Shown here: positions 61,577-64,000 of the stretch, one piece after another
Layout: each line of letters starts with the position of its first letter
How positions within the stretch are numbered: the stretch's first letter is position 1
Source: a virus
Virus record (IMG/VR): IMGVR_UViG_3300045988_175974
DNA: 64,000 nucleotides
Direction: 5' to 3' (one strand)
Notes under the pieces: generated by a model
Database searches by the model: none
What the model was told of the DNA's origin: nothing
The model's input: the letters and a program-made list of their open reading frames with translations, nothing else
Position numbers and translations under genes: made by a program

Positions 61577-62168
61577 GCTTTTTGAGAGTTGTCAGCAACA
61601 GCGCCACTACCAATATCAGGAATAACGCAAAGGCGTTCTTTCTTGCCGTTTCCTGCCAGGTTGCCTTTCTCGCCTCCCTGGTGTTCTTTTCCGGCGTATC
61701 TGATAAGCTGTCGGTGGCTTCCAAATGAGTATCCACGTCGCTGCGGGTGCGGACGGATAGGCTGTCGATGGTTTTCTGCATCTGATTGATTTCCTGCTGC
61801 TGAAGCTGCAAACGTTCATCATAGGATGACTGGTTGCTGTGGCTGCCTTTGCGATGGGTGGTGCGCTGGGTAGTCTTCTGCCTGTTGCCGGAAGAATCGG
61901 TAGTCTCGGTGATATGTTCCTGGATGGTTTCTTCATATTCGCCCGATTCCGAGGAGGTGGCAGTGACCTGCTTATCCTCGATGAGCTTCCTGGCTGCACT
62001 ATCGCTTGCCGCTACCTGCTTATGCACGCTATCCGTCTGCTCGGTCCTCACGCTATCCTTCACCTCCTGATGGTTATCGCTAACCACCCGTCGAGAGGAA
62101 GCGCATGCCGTAAACATCATCATCGCTACCGCTATCAAGAGTAGATGAATAATCTCTTTCCTTTTCAT
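61545..62168 (-). CDS. lipoprotein with C-terminal transmembrane anchor
   Basis: Signal plus lipobox-like LLLIAVAMMMFTAC-ASS; hydrophilic Ser/Thr/Gln-rich middle; C-terminal AFALFLILVVALLLTTL followed by basic residues. Confidence 0.6.
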   Translation of the reverse strand: MKRKEIIHLLLIAVAMMMFTACASSRRVVSDNHQEVKDSVRTEQTDSVHKQVAASDSAARKLIEDKQVTATSSESGEYEETIQEHITETTDSSGNRQKTTQRTTHRKGSHSNQSSYDERLQLQQQEINQMQKTIDSLSVRTRSDVDTHLEATDSLSDTPEKNTREARKATWQETARKNAFALFLILVVALLLTTLKKHDDNGQGQKK

Positions 62169-62197
62169 ACGTTTTCATTTATTTAATGTTTCTGGTG

Positions 62198-62233
62198 CAA
62201 AGGTACGAAAAGGGGGAGAAATGGGTGGGACAA
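62198..62233 (-). promoter_or_regulatory. TTGTCCC-N21-TAnnTTTG promoter-like motif P7 (upstream of lipoprotein gene)
   Basis: Minus strand TTGTCCCACCCATTTCTCCCCCTTTTCGTACCTTTG. Confidence 0.6.
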
Positions 62234-62238
62234 AAAAA

Positions 62239-62302
62239 GGTAAAAGAGTAAAAAGGTAAAAGAGTAAAAAGGTAAAAGAGTGAAAAGGCAAAAAGATAAA
62301 AG
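62239..62302. repeat. four tandem 16-bp repeats GGTAAAAGAGTAAAAA
   Basis: ggtaaaagagtaaaaa x2, then ggtaaaagagtgaaaa and ggcaaaaagataaaag. A short ggtaaaaag x2 relative flanks copy A at 8044-8066 (opposite strand). Confidence 0.9.
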
Positions 62303-62305
62303 AAT

Positions 62306-62412
62306 CCTTAGCCCCACACGCCCTGAAAGGGCAGAAGCTCCTAGCCCAGGGCAACACCCTGGGTTTTAGAATAGACATAACAAAGTCGCCCTGAAAGGGC
62401 AAAAGCTTTCAA
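62306..62412 (-). repeat. three-hairpin ~105-bp palindromic element, copy B (inverted relative to copy A)
   Basis: Hairpins at 62320-62332, 62345-62363 and 62388-62400. The reverse complement aligns with 7942-8045 apart from the diverged spacer between hairpins 1 and 2. An extra inverted partial arm lies at 62419-62446. Confidence 0.9.
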
Positions 62413-62451
62413 ATCCAAAAAAGCTTTTACTCTTCCAGGGCGACCTTGCCG

Positions 62452-63735
62452 CTATCCTCGGTAGAACACCGGAGCGAAAGAACCTTTGCAATCGAAGAAC
62501 TCTTTGGCTTTATCCTCAATACCCAACTTTCGGATCATATCAAAGTCATCATCACTGCACTCCACACAGAACCTTCCGTTCTTCATGCCGACGAAGGAAA
62601 TGCGGGAAACCAGTGATTTCTCAGCATCGCCTATAACGAGCTTGCAGAATGCCTTCCACTTGTCGCTGCCCTCGCCTACCTTCGTCTCTATCTTGGAAGA
62701 AGCAGGCTGCACGTTCTTCGCTACATCGAATGCCTTCGCATCGAATAGCTCACCCTCAGAATACTTTCCTGCCTTATGGAGTTTGCCGAGCGGCGTATAG
62801 AATACCTCGAAGGTGATGTAATCGGGGTTGCCTCGCTTCTTGCCTTTGGGATAGTGTTCCTTATAGTCGAAGGTAATATCAATATCGTTTTTCTTTGCCT
62901 GCGCCACCAGGTCGGCTTTTGCCTTATCCAGAACATCCTTCTTGAACTTTGAATACTTGGCATACTGATAAACCTTTTCCTTCGTTTCCGGGTCTATCTC
63001 ATAGCAGCCCAGGAAATCCTTCAGCTTCTCTACCGTAATCGATAAGGGATTGCCCTGCCCCCTTTTACGTGGACGGTCCTTGTTCTCCATCAGCCAGAGA
63101 TACACACGAGGTGTAACTCTTCGCTTGCTGGTCTTCGCTACACGCGCCATGTGCGGCACATATCCCTTGCTCAGGTCGAAGGCATAGTCAGCTACAAAAT
63201 GATTGATGTAGAGTTCAACAACACCCGAATAAACATCTCTGATGGTGCCATCCTTGCTTACCCACGTTTTCTTAGGCAGCGATATGCGATCGAATACAGG
63301 ATAGAAGTCGGAAATCTTATCCTTCTTCACAAACACCCTCAGAGCGCCTATCTCTTCTACGATAGGAACCTTGCCATCGGCAAACTCCTGAAACATTTCC
63401 TTGTAGTTGCTATGATTATCTACAAGTTCTGACATATCTATGCGGATATGCAGGGCTTCCCTCTTCTGCTCCTCAGAAAGAAACGGTGATTTGGGATAGG
63501 TCTTCTCCTTATATCGCATCTGGTCGTAGTACTCATTAATGTATTCCTGCAGCTTTGCGCTTACCTGCAACATAATATCCTGCTGCAAAAGTGAGAAAGT
63601 GCTGCCCAGCGAAGCATAAGAGCACGGAGTCTTGATCCACCGCAAATTACAAAGCTGCTGTTCCGTAGGTTGATTCTCCAAATCACGGAAAGTAACTTGG
63701 TTTTCATTTATTCGCTTGTCTTCATTTGCGCCCAT
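62452..63735 (-). CDS. plasmid-type replication initiator (Rep_3/RepB-like)
   Basis: 427 aa. Layout and blocks such as YAKYSKFKKDVLDKAKADLVAQAKKNDIDITFDYKEHYPKGKKRGNPDYITFEV resemble the second winged-helix region of Rep_3 initiators (from memory). Iterons lie immediately upstream. Confidence 0.6.
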   Translation of the reverse strand: MGANEDKRINENQVTFRDLENQPTEQQLCNLRWIKTPCSYASLGSTFSLLQQDIMLQVSAKLQEYINEYYDQMRYKEKTYPKSPFLSEEQKREALHIRIDMSELVDNHSNYKEMFQEFADGKVPIVEEIGALRVFVKKDKISDFYPVFDRISLPKKTWVSKDGTIRDVYSGVVELYINHFVADYAFDLSKGYVPHMARVAKTSKRRVTPRVYLWLMENKDRPRKRGQGNPLSITVEKLKDFLGCYEIDPETKEKVYQYAKYSKFKKDVLDKAKADLVAQAKKNDIDITFDYKEHYPKGKKRGNPDYITFEVFYTPLGKLHKAGKYSEGELFDAKAFDVAKNVQPASSKIETKVGEGSDKWKAFCKLVIGDAEKSLVSRISFVGMKNGRFCVECSDDDFDMIRKLGIEDKAKEFFDCKGSFAPVFYRG

Positions 63736-63860
63736 AACTATTACTTATATATTTTCTTTCATTTTTATATATACAGGTATAATAAATAGTATCAGTATCA
63801 GTATAGAGACTTAAAAATCCAACGAAATGCCGATAAACACTAGGGTTTCCGAAAAATAGA

Positions 63861-64000
63861 GGTTCCAAGAACTATACCCTTTGGTACCGAAAACTATACC
63901 CTTTGGTACCGAAAACTATACCCCTCCAGATTTTAGAACTTCGTACCAAGAACTATACCCTTTGGTACCGAAAACTATACCCTTTGGTACCGAAAACTAT
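63861..64000. repeat. iteron array: at least 6 copies of 22-bp GGTACCGAAAACTATACCCTTT (runs off the window)
   Basis: Copies start at about 63861, 63883, 63905, 63941, 63963 and 63985; 125 nt upstream of the rep ATG 63735. Confidence 0.9.

Overview
The window is almost entirely a tailed-phage or phage-plasmid genome segment with Bacteroidota-style signals: no Shine-Dalgarno sequences, -7 boxes of type TAnnTTTG, and hairpin plus T-run terminators. All functional calls come from motifs read by eye; no database search was possible. About 90 percent of genes are on the minus strand.

Recognisable modules:
- Head genes: putative portal 2300-4003, S49-type prohead protease fused to a coiled-coil scaffold 14961-16514, putative major capsid 13594-14883.
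- Lysis: GH108-type muramidase 8700-9254 and a holin-like protein 30730-31329.
- Tail: TP901-type tape measure 23369-29479.
- Plus-strand packaging block 31590-35430, containing TerL and an N6/N4 methyltransferase.
- Nucleotide metabolism: ThyX-like and guanylate-kinase-like genes at 19318-20864.
- A long translationally coupled array of small unknown genes at 36.2-51 kb, including two radical-SAM enzymes, two GNATs and Cys-rich mini-proteins.
- Replication module 51.6-59 kb: DnaN clamp, a 1226-aa Zn-finger/P-loop primase-helicase and a DEDDh exonuclease. An AEP-like primase sits at 21403-22530.
- A divergent XRE-like regulator 59621-60304.
- A plasmid-type Rep_3-like initiator 62452-63735 with 22-bp iterons at the right edge.

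Main hunt results:
1. A 14-copy, single-orientation ~30-bp hairpin motif (CCAGCGAT-RGA-ATCGCTGG followed by GAACGGGGGC) sits at gene boundaries. In places it is read through in-frame. It is not explained as a terminator, CRISPR array or MITE.
2. A second, precisely spaced promoter-like motif, TTGTCCC-N21-TAnnTTTGC, occurs 7 times. One copy is an orphan that defines a candidate small RNA.
3. A circularly permuted C5-methyltransferase has a detached TRD-like mini-ORF.
4. Homopolymer-tract frameshifts (G6 in the N6/N4 methyltransferase, G10 in a small ORF) and a 1-nt frameshift in a LysR cargo gene.
5. The SSB-like protein and the primase-helicase share a C-terminal SDLPF tip.
6. A conserved TAGCGTATG stop-start junction runs through the radical-SAM/GNAT gene array.
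7. The phage structural genes are combined with a Rep-plus-iteron module.
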